A program made the translations under genes and the position numbers. From Candidatus Saccharimonadota bacterium (GTDB lineage Bacteria > Pseudomonadota > Gammaproteobacteria > Enterobacterales > Enterobacteriaceae), in contig CP188088.1 in assembly GCA_049942965.1 (NCBI GenBank), positions 480,001 to 512,000 on the forward strand: a stretch of 32,000 nt of DNA. The letters run 5' to 3'. The notes below the pieces were generated by a model that saw only the letters and a program-made list of their open reading frames with translations, ran no database searches and was not told where the DNA came from. This document shows, in pieces, positions 1 through 9,408 of the stretch (position 1 is the first letter of the stretch; each line of letters starts with the position of its first letter).

Positions 1-21
1 ATTCATAAACTTTATTACTAT

Positions 22-57
22 TAATGGTATTATATTTAATAATGGTAATATATTTAA
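22..57. repeat. Imperfect 18-bp tandem direct repeat (2 copies, 17/18 identical)
   Basis: taatggtaTtatatttaa (22-39) is followed immediately by taatggtaAtatatttaa (40-57). It lies in the non-coding region at the window edge, downstream of argH. Confidence 0.6.
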
Positions 58-338
58 ATATAAAAAAATAAATTGTAAATTTGTTCTAAAAGTAATAATT
101 TTTTAAATTATTTGTTTATCGACATTTAAAAACTTTTTTTTTAAAGTATCTAAAAAAAAAGAAATACTAAAAATTAATATTCTTGAACATTAATGTAATT
201 TAACAAAATATTTTTTAACTTAAAACTGTTTTCAAAAGAACAACAAATATATGATCACTAACTAGTAATAGTTAAAATTTTAATTTATAAATTTAAGTTT
301 ACAAAAAACCTGATTTTAGACTTTATTATTTTGTTTTT

Positions 339-1718
339 TTATAAGATTTTTAGTCTATTTTTTTCGTTTAAAATTGATGTTTTAATTTGACTATTTGAAA
401 CTCCACCATAAGCATTTCTTTTATTTAAACAAGATTCTAAAGATAAAATCTTATACAAATCAGATTCAAAGTAAGAACTAAATTTCCTAAAAAATGAAAT
501 GTCCAATTCTTCTAATAACTTTTTTTTCTTAATTGATTCTTGTACTATATTTCCAATTATATAATGCGCTTCTCTAAAACTAACTCCTTTTTTTACTAAA
601 TAATCTGCTAATTCAGTAGCATTGGAATAGCCTTTCTTCGCTGAAGACAAACATCTATCTTTTTTCAATTTTATTGTTTTTAAAACCATAGTTGAAATAT
701 TCAAACAATCATTCCAAGTTTTAACAGCATCAAAAAAATTTTCTTTATCTTCTTGCATATCTTTGTTGTAAGATAATGGTAAACTTTTAAAAAGAAAAAA
801 TATTTGCATCATTGATGCACACACACGAGCACTTTTTCCACGTATTAACTCTAAAACGTCAGGATTTTTCTTTTGAGGCATAAGAGAAGAACCTGAAGTT
901 AACGAATCTGATAATTCAACATATCCAAATTCATTGGAATTAAAAATAATTAGATCTTCTGAAAATCTGGATAAATGAATCATACTAATAGAAGCTATTG
1001 ATAATAATTCCATTAAATAATCCCTGTCCGAAACACTATCTAATGCATTATTTGTAGGATCAGCAAAACCTAATTTATTGGATAACGATTTTCTATCGAT
1101 ATTCCAAGAAGTACCACAAAGTGCACCACTTCCTAAAGGACAAAAATCAAGCCTATTTAATGCATCTTTTAATCTTGTTTCATCTCTTTTAAACATTTCC
1201 AAATAGGCTAAACACCAATAAGCAAAAGTTATAGGTTGTGCATGTTGTAAATGAGTAAATCCAGGCATAATAACTGATATATACTTTTCAGCTGTTAAAA
1301 CTAACATGGTTTCTAGATCAACTAAACTTTTAATCAATAAAAAAATTTGAGCTTTACACCATAACTTCAAATCTGTAGTAATCTGATCATTTCTACTTCT
1401 CCCAGCATGAATTTTTTTTCCCAATACTCCTAATTGTTTTGTAAGTTCCGTTTCTACCCAACTATGAACATCTTCTTCTCCACTAGTTAAAATTAATTTT
1501 GGATTCTTTTTTATTTTATTCAGTAAAATTGATAATACCTTTTTTATTTTTTCATGTTCATCTTTAGTAATTATTTTACAAGAAAAAATTGCATCAGACC
1601 ATGCTATAGAAGCAATTATATCCTGTTCAGCTAAACAATAATCAACTTCTAGAGAACTATTAAATTTTTTAAAAAAAACATCTGATTTTGAAGAAAATCG
1701 ACCACCCCAAAGTGCCAT
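339..1718 (-). CDS. argH: Argininosuccinate lyase
   Basis: The ORF 339..1730 translation is full-length ArgH-like, with the fumarate-lyase family signature GSSLMPQKKNP. The conserved N-terminus MALWGGRF begins at the ATG at 1718, four codons inside the ORF-track start, so I trimmed the start. A GGGG lies 7-10 nt upstream of 1718. Confidence 0.93.
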   Translation of the reverse strand: MALWGGRFSSKSDVFFKKFNSSLEVDYCLAEQDIIASIAWSDAIFSCKIITKDEHEKIKKVLSILLNKIKKNPKLILTSGEEDVHSWVETELTKQLGVLGKKIHAGRSRNDQITTDLKLWCKAQIFLLIKSLVDLETMLVLTAEKYISVIMPGFTHLQHAQPITFAYWCLAYLEMFKRDETRLKDALNRLDFCPLGSGALCGTSWNIDRKSLSNKLGFADPTNNALDSVSDRDYLMELLSIASISMIHLSRFSEDLIIFNSNEFGYVELSDSLTSGSSLMPQKKNPDVLELIRGKSARVCASMMQIFFLFKSLPLSYNKDMQEDKENFFDAVKTWNDCLNISTMVLKTIKLKKDRCLSSAKKGYSNATELADYLVKKGVSFREAHYIIGNIVQESIKKKKLLEELDISFFRKFSSYFESDLYKILSLESCLNKRNAYGGVSNSQIKTSILNEKNRLKIL

Positions 1719-1766
1719 TACAAACCCCATTTTTATGATATATTTAAATGAATATAATTGTTTTCT

Positions 1767-2978
1767 TTATGAATCATGTTTTTTTAAATTTCTTATTCGT
1801 GAAGGCAATGAATATATTCGTATGAATCCATTTGCATCACACTGATTAAAAATTTTTTCTTTACCAAACGTAGCAAAATTTTTAGAATATAAAGAATTAT
1901 TTGAACTTCTTTTTTTAACAGTTATTGTACCTTTGTATAATTCTAATTCAACAAATCCATTCATTAATTTTATAAATGGGGTTAAAGCAGATAACAAAGA
2001 CTGTCTAAGTGGTGTAAACCATTTTCCATCGTAAATTAAATAAGACAGTTCTAATCCAATTAAAGATCTCCATTTTAAAGAATCTCTATCAAGCACTAAT
2101 TCTTCAATTGTTCGTAAAACTTTGTTAATAATAGTTCCACCAGGAGTTTCATAACAACCCCTAGATTTCATACCAATTAATCTGTTTTCAACAATATCTA
2201 TCCGACCTATTCCATGTTTAGAACCTACTTTATTTAAATATTCTAAAGAATCTAATAAAGTCATTTTTTTATTGTTTATAGAAATTATTATACCATTTTT
2301 TATTTCTATTAAGATAGATTCTGGAACATTTGTAGATGTTTTTGGAGAAGATGTCCACGTCCAACAATTTTTAGATGGCGAATTAGACAAATCTTCTAAT
2401 TCTCCTCCTTCCGTAGAAATATGAAAAACATTTTCATCTCTACTATAAATTTTTTTTACTGTAGCATTGGTTTTAATTTTTTTTTTAACTAAATAATTTA
2501 ATAAATCTTCTCTGGATGAAAAATCCCATTCTCTCCAAGGAGCAATTACAGCAAATTTTGATGATAAAGAAAAATAAGCAGATTCAAACCGAACTTGATC
2601 ATTACCTTTTCCTGTAGATCCATGAGATAAAAAATCTGCATTTATCTTTTCCGCTAATTCTACTTGTGATTTTGCGATAACAGGTCTAGCTATAGCTGTT
2701 CCCAATAAATATCCGTTTTCATAAATAGACCCAGATTGTAACATCGGATAAATATAATTTTTTATAAATTCTTCACGCAAATCAGAAATATAAACTGATT
2801 TTGCACCAGATGCCAAGGCCTTTTCTTTAATTCCCAATAAATCTTTTCTAGATTGTCCGACATCTGCTACAAAAGCTACTATTTCGAAGTTATAATTTTC
2901 TATTATCCAAGGAATTATAACAGAAGTGTCAAGACCTCCTGAATAAGCTAAAACAACCGTTTTGCGTATCTTTTTCAT
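1767..2978 (-). CDS. argG: Argininosuccinate synthase (short, about 400 aa type)
   Basis: 403 aa. The N-terminal ATP-pyrophosphatase motif AYSGGLDTS and the SRGCYETPGG motif are present. It sits between argB and argH in one co-oriented block. Confidence 0.95.
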   Translation of the reverse strand: MKKIRKTVVLAYSGGLDTSVIIPWIIENYNFEIVAFVADVGQSRKDLLGIKEKALASGAKSVYISDLREEFIKNYIYPMLQSGSIYENGYLLGTAIARPVIAKSQVELAEKINADFLSHGSTGKGNDQVRFESAYFSLSSKFAVIAPWREWDFSSREDLLNYLVKKKIKTNATVKKIYSRDENVFHISTEGGELEDLSNSPSKNCWTWTSSPKTSTNVPESILIEIKNGIIISINNKKMTLLDSLEYLNKVGSKHGIGRIDIVENRLIGMKSRGCYETPGGTIINKVLRTIEELVLDRDSLKWRSLIGLELSYLIYDGKWFTPLRQSLLSALTPFIKLMNGFVELELYKGTITVKKRSSNNSLYSKNFATFGKEKIFNQCDANGFIRIYSLPSRIRNLKKHDS

Positions 2979-3011
2979 ATAAAATAATTTCCTAAAAAAA
3001 TGTTTTATTAT

Positions 3012-3803
3012 TTATCTTGTACAAATAGTTCCTATTTGTGATTCTCCATTAAATAAATTTTTTAACTTTTCATTACTTTCTTTCCAACTTGCAATTTGAA
3101 CTGTTCTTCCTAATAACTCAGAAGCATTTAATGCTGCCTGAACTTTCACAATCATACCATCTTGAATAGTTCTATTATTAATAAGTATATTAGAATTTTT
3201 TCTATTTATCGAAACTATTCGATTCCCTTCTTTATCGAAAATAGAACTTACATCTGATAATAATATCAAATCAGCATTTAACGTCTTGGCTAAAACAGAA
3301 GCTGCTAAATCAGCATTAACATTCATTAATTCCCCAAAATTACTAATTCCTATTGAACTAACAACAGGAACAATTCTTTTTTTTAGTAAATCAAGTAAAA
3401 ATCTTGGATTTCCTACTTTTGGAATTCCTATTCGATTTCTTAAATCCGATTTGTTAGATCTTTCTACTAAAACACTATCCCCATCAGATAAAGAAATTCC
3501 TATAAAATCAATTTTATTTCTTTTCAAATGAGATAAAATTCTTTTATTAGCTATTCCAGACAATGCTCCAACGACAATATCAATATTAGAAGAATTAGTA
3601 ACTCTTATTCCATCAATTTTACTAATTTTCATTCCCATTTTTTTCATCATATCATCGATTAATTTTCCACCACCATGTACAACCACCAACTTTCGAAAAC
3701 AATTATGGTAATAAGTTGACAAAAAATCAAAAAACGTTTTCATAGACTTTTGTTTGTCTAATAAAGCTCCTCCTAATTTTATAACTAATGGATCATCTTT
3801 CAT
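3012..3803 (-). CDS. argB: N-acetylglutamate kinase
   Basis: 263 aa. The amino-acid-kinase motifs VIKLGG and VVVHGGG are present, and it is collinear with E. coli ArgB (258 aa). Confidence 0.95.
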   Translation of the reverse strand: MKDDPLVIKLGGALLDKQKSMKTFFDFLSTYYHNCFRKLVVVHGGGKLIDDMMKKMGMKISKIDGIRVTNSSNIDIVVGALSGIANKRILSHLKRNKIDFIGISLSDGDSVLVERSNKSDLRNRIGIPKVGNPRFLLDLLKKRIVPVVSSIGISNFGELMNVNADLAASVLAKTLNADLILLSDVSSIFDKEGNRIVSINRKNSNILINNRTIQDGMIVKVQAALNASELLGRTVQIASWKESNEKLKNLFNGESQIGTICTR

Positions 3804-3824
3804 TACAGTATTTCCTAAAAAAGT

Positions 3825-4832
3825 TTACAATAAAGAATGTGTTTCTAAAATTCCAAAACGGATATTAAAACATTGTATCGCTTGTGAAGCAGCCCCTTTT
3901 AATAAATTGTCTTCAGCAGCTACAATTATTAAAATTTTACCTTGAATTTTGAATCCAAAATCAATGAATGGAAGCCCTATTACTGAAGAAATACTAGGAA
4001 TACTATTTTTGAACAGTCGAACAAAAAATTTTTTACCATAAAAATAAGAAAAAATTTCTTCTATTTCTAAAATGTTCATGTTTTTTTTTAATTTACATGT
4101 TAATATTGATATTATTCCTCTAGAAAAATTACCTAAACAAGGAACAAAAATTATGGGAAAATTACCAATTTGCTCAAATATTTCAGGATTATGTCGATGA
4201 GTAAAAATATTATAAGGTTGTAAACTGACTTCACAAAAAGAATTTATAAAATTGGGATTTCTACCTGCTCCACTAACTCCACTAATAGCATTTACAACAG
4301 GAACAAATGAAAAATCAATTATTTTTTTTTCTATAATAGGTTTTATTGATAGTTCAATACAAGTAGCATAACAACCAGGTAAAGAAACTAGTTGTGCGTT
4401 TTTTATTTTTTCTGAATTCCATTCCGGTAAACCATATACAGAACTATTCAATAGTTTTTCACGTTTATGTGAAAATCCATAATATTTTTCATAATTCATA
4501 CTATTTTTAATTCTATAAGCACCTGAAAGATCAAAAACTATATATTTAAAAGAAACAAATATTGGAACTAAATTATAACTTACTATATGATCGGTAGCTA
4601 AAAATACGACATCAATATCACTTTTTTGAGCTGTAAATTTATCAATAGATTCTAAAAAAATATCAATTGATCCTTTTAGTCTAGGGTATACTTCTGAAAT
4701 TGATTTTCCAAGATCGTTACTGTTATTTGAAACAGCTAAAAAAATATTATTGACATATTTATGTTTATTAAGATAACAAACCAATTCAACTCCTGAATAT
4801 CCACTTGCTCCAACAATAAGAATATTTAACAT
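3825..4832 (-). CDS. argC: N-acetyl-gamma-glutamyl-phosphate reductase
   Basis: 335 aa. The N-terminus MLNILIVGASGYSG (NAD(P)-binding) nearly matches the E. coli ArgC N-terminus. The catalytic-Cys context LPGCYAT is present. Confidence 0.95.
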   Translation of the reverse strand: MLNILIVGASGYSGVELVCYLNKHKYVNNIFLAVSNNSNDLGKSISEVYPRLKGSIDIFLESIDKFTAQKSDIDVVFLATDHIVSYNLVPIFVSFKYIVFDLSGAYRIKNSMNYEKYYGFSHKREKLLNSSVYGLPEWNSEKIKNAQLVSLPGCYATCIELSIKPIIEKKIIDFSFVPVVNAISGVSGAGRNPNFINSFCEVSLQPYNIFTHRHNPEIFEQIGNFPIIFVPCLGNFSRGIISILTCKLKKNMNILEIEEIFSYFYGKKFFVRLFKNSIPSISSVIGLPFIDFGFKIQGKILIIVAAEDNLLKGAASQAIQCFNIRFGILETHSLL

Positions 4833-5060
4833 ACGATTATATTTATCCTCATTATTCTCATTATTTCAATTTTATTTATTTTTATATAAATTCAACTGTT
4901 CTAGAAGCTGTTTAATTCTGATAAATAACTATTATTTTTTGATATTTTAACGAAAATTATTAACTTTAGTTAACTTTTTGAATTTTAAAACATACTATTA
5001 ATTAATATTAATATACAATATCATACTATAAAAAAAATCTAATTTTTATTTTAAAGAAAA

Positions 5061-6215
5061 ATGAAAAGAACAATTCCATCATTTTTAGAAATGTATTCCA
5101 AATTAATCAATACATCTTCTATAAGTTCTAAAAATCCTGAATTTGACCAAAGTAATAAAAAAATAATTGACTTACTTGCAGAATGGCTTGAACAAATTGG
5201 TTTTAAGATTAATATTCAAAAAATTAATAAAAACAATAAAAAATTTAATTTAATTGGAAAATTAGGATCTGGAGAAGGAGGATTATTATTAAGCGGACAT
5301 TCTGATACAGTTAATTATAATGAACAATCTTGGAAAAGCAATCCATTTAAATTAACTATATCAAATAATAAATTTTATGGATTAGGAACCGTAGACATGA
5401 AAGGTTTTTTTGCCTGTATGTTAGATTTATTAATAAAAATAGATATAAAAAAAATAAAAAAACCAATTTATTTACTGATTACTGCAGACGAAGAAACTTC
5501 AATGTCAGGAGCAAAATTTTTTCTAAAATCTTCAACGATTTACCCTGAATTAATAATAATTGGAGAACCTACTGCACTAATACCAATCGTAGGTCACAAA
5601 GGAAACATTACAAAATCAATAATTACTATAGGAGATTCAGGTCATGCTAGTAATACAGAAAAAAAAATAAATAGCATAAATATTATGCACGAAACAATAT
5701 TTTATTTACTAAAAATGCAAGAAAAAATTAAAAATCTAATTTCTCAAAAAAAATTCGACGTTCCTTATTCAACAATGAATTTTGGTTATATACAAGGTGG
5801 ACATTCATCAAATACTATTTGTGAATTTTGTGAACTGCATATTGATATAAGATTACTACCAAAATTACAATATAAAACTTTTAACAAAATATTTGAAGAA
5901 CATTTGTATCCAATTAAAAAAAAATGGGAAAAAAATATAATAATTAAAGATTTACATCCTCCTGTTCCAAGTTACGAAATACCTATTCAACATAAAAAAA
6001 TTATAAAAGTTATAGAAAAGATTACTAAACAAAAAAGACAATTAGTAAGCTACTGTAGCGAAGCTTCTTTCTTACATAAAATAGCTCCAACAATTTTATT
6101 AGGACCTGGTTCTATAAAACAAGCACACCAACCTAACGAATTTTTAGAAATGTTTTATATAAAAAAAACACAAATAATAATTAAAAAAATCATAAATTTT
6201 ATTTGTTGTTCATAA
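5061..6215 (+). CDS. argE: Acetylornithine deacetylase (M20 peptidase family)
   Basis: 384 aa. It is collinear with E. coli ArgE, with the motifs LLLSGHSDTV, GTVDMKGFFA, ITADEETSM and QAHQPNEF. It is divergent from argC, as in the enterobacterial argE/argCBH arrangement. Confidence 0.95.
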   Translation: MKRTIPSFLEMYSKLINTSSISSKNPEFDQSNKKIIDLLAEWLEQIGFKINIQKINKNNKKFNLIGKLGSGEGGLLLSGHSDTVNYNEQSWKSNPFKLTISNNKFYGLGTVDMKGFFACMLDLLIKIDIKKIKKPIYLLITADEETSMSGAKFFLKSSTIYPELIIIGEPTALIPIVGHKGNITKSIITIGDSGHASNTEKKINSINIMHETIFYLLKMQEKIKNLISQKKFDVPYSTMNFGYIQGGHSSNTICEFCELHIDIRLLPKLQYKTFNKIFEEHLYPIKKKWEKNIIIKDLHPPVPSYEIPIQHKKIIKVIEKITKQKRQLVSYCSEASFLHKIAPTILLGPGSIKQAHQPNEFLEMFYIKKTQIIIKKIINFICCS

Positions 6216-7070
6216 ACTTTTAAATTTATTTTTCATTTTTAATATCAAACATGAAGAATATGGAATTTCATATTGATTTAAAGTATAAAAATGAAATTGA
6301 TTTACTCCTTCACAAAACAAGTTTTCAACAATTTTTGTAATTATACTTTGTCCAATCAGTTTATCAATTAATTGATCTGAACTAGAATTAGACAAATTAT
6401 CAAAAATTTTATATATCCATTTAGGAATAAAAATATTACTCATTTTAGAAAAACGATGAATTTGATCAATATTTATTACTGGTAAAATTCCCGGAATCAA
6501 ATCTAGGTAAATTCCATTTTTTATACATTTGTCTCTAAAACGAAGAAATTTATTTGGATCAAAAAAAAATTGAGTAATTGCCCTATTAGCTCCACAACTG
6601 AATTTATGTTTCAAATTCATTAAATCACTATGTGCACTCTTTGCTTCTGGATGTACTTCTGGATATGCAGCAACTGAAATATCAAAATTAGCAATTTTCT
6701 TCAAAACAGAAATCAAATCTGAAGCAAATATCTTCTTATTATTAAAATCTTTTTCTTTATCTCCTCTTAAAGCAACAATTCTTTTTATACCTTGATTCCA
6801 GTAATTTTTAGCAATTTGTTCTAATTCAGAAATACTATTGTTAATACATGTCATGTGTACAGCTATATTAATGTTAGTTTTTTTTATAACTTTTTTTACA
6901 ATATTAAATGTTTGTTTTTGCCTGATTGAAGTTATTCCACTTGTTATTGAATAAAAATCTGGATTAAGACTAGATAATTTTTTTATTGAATTCCAAAATC
7001 CTCTTTCTGACAAAACGTTAGATGTCGGCGGAAAAAATTCAAACGAAAAATTTATTTTTTTATCAAACAT
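6210..7070 (-). CDS. metF: 5,10-methylenetetrahydrofolate reductase
   Basis: 286 aa. The motifs SFEFFPP, VAAYPEVHPEA and RAITQFFFD match E. coli MetF. Its 3' end overlaps the argE 3' end by 6 nt. Confidence 0.94.
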   Translation of the reverse strand: MFDKKINFSFEFFPPTSNVLSERGFWNSIKKLSSLNPDFYSITSGITSIRQKQTFNIVKKVIKKTNINIAVHMTCINNSISELEQIAKNYWNQGIKRIVALRGDKEKDFNNKKIFASDLISVLKKIANFDISVAAYPEVHPEAKSAHSDLMNLKHKFSCGANRAITQFFFDPNKFLRFRDKCIKNGIYLDLIPGILPVINIDQIHRFSKMSNIFIPKWIYKIFDNLSNSSSDQLIDKLIGQSIITKIVENLFCEGVNQFHFYTLNQYEIPYSSCLILKMKNKFKSL

Positions 7071-7237
7071 ATATAAATACCTTTTACTTGCTAAACAAAT
7101 ATTTTTTTGATATTAAGATGTCTTTTAAGTTGTATAATTTTAGTTCTTATTTCAAAATCAATATTGGTTAAATATTAATAATTTATTTTATTTTAAATGC
7201 TTAATTTAAAAAAAAACAATAAAAAAAAATATTTCTG

Positions 7238-7266
7238 TTGCAAAATTTTAAATCTATTCGTAAAAT
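7238..7266 (+). promoter_or_regulatory. Candidate sigma70 promoter of the tRNA cluster
   Basis: TTGCAA (7238-7243), a 17-nt spacer, then TAAAAT (7261-7266), ending 14 nt before the first tRNA. It is the best -35/-10 pair I could find in the 210-bp gap. Such hexamers are frequent by chance in DNA this A+T-rich. Confidence 0.4.
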
Positions 7267-7280
7267 AGCAATTAATAATT

Positions 7281-7353
<73 letters not shown>

Positions 7354-7362
7354 TATAAAAAA

Positions 7363-7444
7363 GGTGGGATTCCCGAGTGGCTAAAGGGAGCAGACTGTAA
7401 ATCTGCCGTCTTAGACTTCGAAGGTTCGAATCCTTCTCCCACCA
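7363..7444 (+). tRNA. tyrU: tRNA-Tyr (anticodon GUA), long variable arm, no encoded CCA
   Basis: Acceptor GGTGGGA/TCCCACC, anticodon loop CTGTAAA, long variable arm and T-loop TTCGAAT. The discriminator A at 7444 is followed by AAA. Confidence 0.93.
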
Positions 7445-7476
7445 AAAATCAAAATTAAAAACTTATTTTTTATCCT

Positions 7477-7551
7477 GCGGACATCGTATAATGGTTATTA
7501 CCTCAGCCTTCCAAGCTGATGATGTGGGTTCGATTCCCACTGTCCGCTCCA
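7477..7551 (+). tRNA. glyT: tRNA-Gly (anticodon UCC), CCA encoded
   Basis: Acceptor GCGGACA/TGTCCGC, anticodon loop CTTCCAA and T-loop TTCGATT. It ends with T-CCA at 7548-7551. Confidence 0.93.
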
Positions 7552-7558
7552 AAATTAT

Positions 7559-7634
7559 GTTGATATAGCTCAGTTGGTAGAGCACACCCTTGGTAAGGGT
7601 GAGGCCCCCAGTTCAAATCTGGGTATCAGCACCA
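7559..7634 (+). tRNA. thrT: tRNA-Thr (anticodon GGU), CCA encoded
   Basis: Acceptor GTTGATA/TATCAGC (one G-U pair at position 2:71), anticodon stem CACCC/GGGTG with loop TTGGTAA, and T-loop TTCAAAT. It ends with A-CCA at 7631-7634. Confidence 0.92.
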
Positions 7635-7945
7635 TCCTTAACACTTAAATATAAATAAACTAATTTTTCTTAAATTTTGTTGAAGAACTTATTTAAATAA
7701 TTGAATTATTTTAAATTAGAATTAAAATAAAATAATTAAATTTTCAAAAAATAGATTTTTATTTTCTGTTAATCAATATAAATCCTAAAAAAAATCAAAA
7801 AATACTCAATAATTTTTGAATTTTTAAAAATATATTAAAAATTTTGATTATTTTAGTGTTTACTAAAAAATTTAAATAAATTTTAATATATAATCAAGGT
7901 TTATATATAATTTCCTAAAGTAAAAAACTTCTTAAAGAATAAACA

Positions 7946-8323
7946 ATGTATAATAAAAATCAAAATAATTTAAATAAAACAGAAAAAAAGAAATGGATTG
8001 TTATAATAACAACAATATTTCTAATTATATTAGAAAATTTATATTTTTTTAAAATTAATAAAACAAAACAAACATTAATAACATTTTTATTAATATTAAT
8101 AACATTATTTTATTTTTCAAAAACAAAAAAAGGACAGAAAATAATTTCTATTATTAAAGAATCTAAAACAGAAATAAAAAAAATTATCTGGCCAACAACT
8201 AAAGAAACTTTATATATAACCATAACTATATCTATAGTTACAACATTAATTTCATTAATACTATGGATTATAGATAGATTCTTTTTTTATATGATATCAT
8301 TTATTACTAATTCAGGTTTATAA
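7946..8323 (+). CDS. secE: Preprotein translocase subunit SecE
   Basis: 125 aa with three hydrophobic segments. The conserved C-terminal region [13 protein letters not shown] precedes the last TM segment. It lies directly upstream of nusG, as in E. coli. Confidence 0.88.
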   Translation: MYNKNQNNLNKTEKKKWIVIITTIFLIILENLYFFKINKTKQTLITFLLILITLFYFSKTKKGQKIISIIKESKTEIKKIIWPTTKETLYITITISIVTTLISLILWIIDRFFFYMISFITNSGL

Positions 8324-8325
8324 AA

Positions 8326-8868
8326 ATGAATATCAAAAAAAAATGGTATGTACTACAAACTTTTTCTGGATTTGAAAACAAAGTAGTAAAATCTATTCAA
8401 GAACACATAAAATTAAATAAAATGAAAAATTTATTTGGGAAGATAATGGTTCCTAAAGAAGCAGTTATTGAAATTAGATCTGGTCAAAGAAAAAGAAGCC
8501 AACAAAAATTTTTTCCTGGATACATTTTAATACAAATGAACATGAGTAATAAAAGTTGGCATCTAATAAAAAATGTACCAAGAGTTGTAGGTTTCATTGG
8601 AAGTAATTCGGAACAACCGTCACCAATCAGCAATAAAGAAGTAGAAATGATTCAACAACGACTAAAAAAAAGCAATAGTAAACCTAGACCAAAAATAGTC
8701 TTTGAACCTGGAGAAACTATTCGTGTAAAAGATGGTCCATTTGCTGATTTTAATGGTGTTGTTGAAGAAGTTGACTATGAAAAAAATAGATTAAAAGTTT
8801 CAGTTTCAATATTTGGAAGATCCACTCCAGTGGAATTAGATTTTAGTCAAGTTGAAAAAAATTTCTAA
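8326..8868 (+). CDS. nusG: Transcription termination/antitermination factor NusG
   Basis: 180 aa. The NGN domain starts [13 protein letters not shown] and the KOW motif is [21 protein letters not shown]. It starts 2 nt after the secE stop. Confidence 0.95.
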   Translation: MNIKKKWYVLQTFSGFENKVVKSIQEHIKLNKMKNLFGKIMVPKEAVIEIRSGQRKRSQQKFFPGYILIQMNMSNKSWHLIKNVPRVVGFIGSNSEQPSPISNKEVEMIQQRLKKSNSKPRPKIVFEPGETIRVKDGPFADFNGVVEEVDYEKNRLKVSVSIFGRSTPVELDFSQVEKNF

Positions 8869-8971
8869 ATACTATTCTTTATATACAAATATAAAGAAGA
8901 AATTAAATCATAGAATAAATAAGTTTTTCCATTTCAAAATAAATTTAATAATTATAAATTAAAGATAAAAA

Positions 8972-9397
8972 ATGAAAAAAATAGAATCCTATATAAAATT
9001 ACAAGTACCTGCAGGAAACGCAACTCCTAGTCCTCCAATTGGTCCTGCATTGGGTCAAAAAGGTTTAAATATAATGGAATTTTGCAAATCTTTTAATAAA
9101 AGAACAGAATCCTTAGATAAGGGATTACCAATTCCAGTTGTAATTACTGTATATTCTGATAAAAGTTTTACTTTTATTACTAAAACTCCACCTGCATCAA
9201 TTTTATTAAAAAAAATAGTTGGCATTAAATCGGGATCTAAAACTACTAAAAAAGATTCAGTAGGTCAAATAAATAAACTTCAACTAGAAGAAATTGCTAT
9301 TTTAAAATCCAAAGATATGACAGGAAAAAATATAAAAAAGATGATGAAATCTATAGAAGGAACTGCTAAATCAATGGGAATAATAATTAAGGATTAA
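8972..9397 (+). CDS. rplK: 50S ribosomal protein L11
   Basis: 141 aa, with the motif [23 protein letters not shown]. Confidence 0.96.
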   Translation: MKKIESYIKLQVPAGNATPSPPIGPALGQKGLNIMEFCKSFNKRTESLDKGLPIPVVITVYSDKSFTFITKTPPASILLKKIVGIKSGSKTTKKDSVGQINKLQLEEIAILKSKDMTGKNIKKMMKSIEGTAKSMGIIIKD

Positions 9398-9408
9398 ATC
9401 TTAAAAAT

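Noticed and set aside
1719-1730. N-terminal extensions in the ORF track: argH (MGFV before MALWGGRF), rpoB (GTG 11481, MLIENL before MIYSNTEKK), purH (19964, 16 extra residues) and efp (30362, 31 extra residues).
   Set aside because: In each case the conserved N-terminus of the E. coli ortholog aligns with an internal ATG (1718, 11499, 20012, 30269). The extension is low-complexity or hydrophobic with no counterpart in the family. The efp and purH extensions also run through what should be promoter or spacer DNA.
3286-3945. Short antisense ORFs inside argB and argC at 3286..3531 (+) and 3754..3945 (+). Equivalents lie at 16724..16915 (-), 19936..20157 (-), 22282..22482 (+), 27848..28066 (-), 29734..29931 (+) and 31302..31571 (+).
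   Set aside because: They are 63-89 aa, and each overlaps a conserved gene on the other strand (19936..20157 overlaps the purH 5' end and the upstream spacer). None shows similarity to any family I recognise and none has translation signals. I treat them as chance or shadow ORFs.
4977-4994. ARG-box-like half match (tttGAATtttaaaacata) and a 9-nt direct repeat (tcattattc/tcattattt at 4849-4866) in the divergent argE/argC control region.
   Set aside because: Only the TGAAT half of the 18-bp ArgR consensus (TNTGAATWWWWATTCANW) matches and the ATTCA half is absent. Such partial matches are expected by chance in A/T-rich DNA. No paired boxes 3 bp apart are present, and the short repeat is low-complexity.
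8875-8898. 10-bp stem / 4-nt loop hairpin (ttctttatat-acaa-atataaagaa) 7 nt after the nusG stop. A similar 9-bp stem (15520-15541) overlaps the rpoB stop.
   Set aside because: Both stems are almost entirely A:T, lack a following T-tract and sit inside operons that must be read through (nusG to rplK is separately promoted in E. coli, and rpoB to rpoC is co-transcribed). They are too weak to call as terminators.
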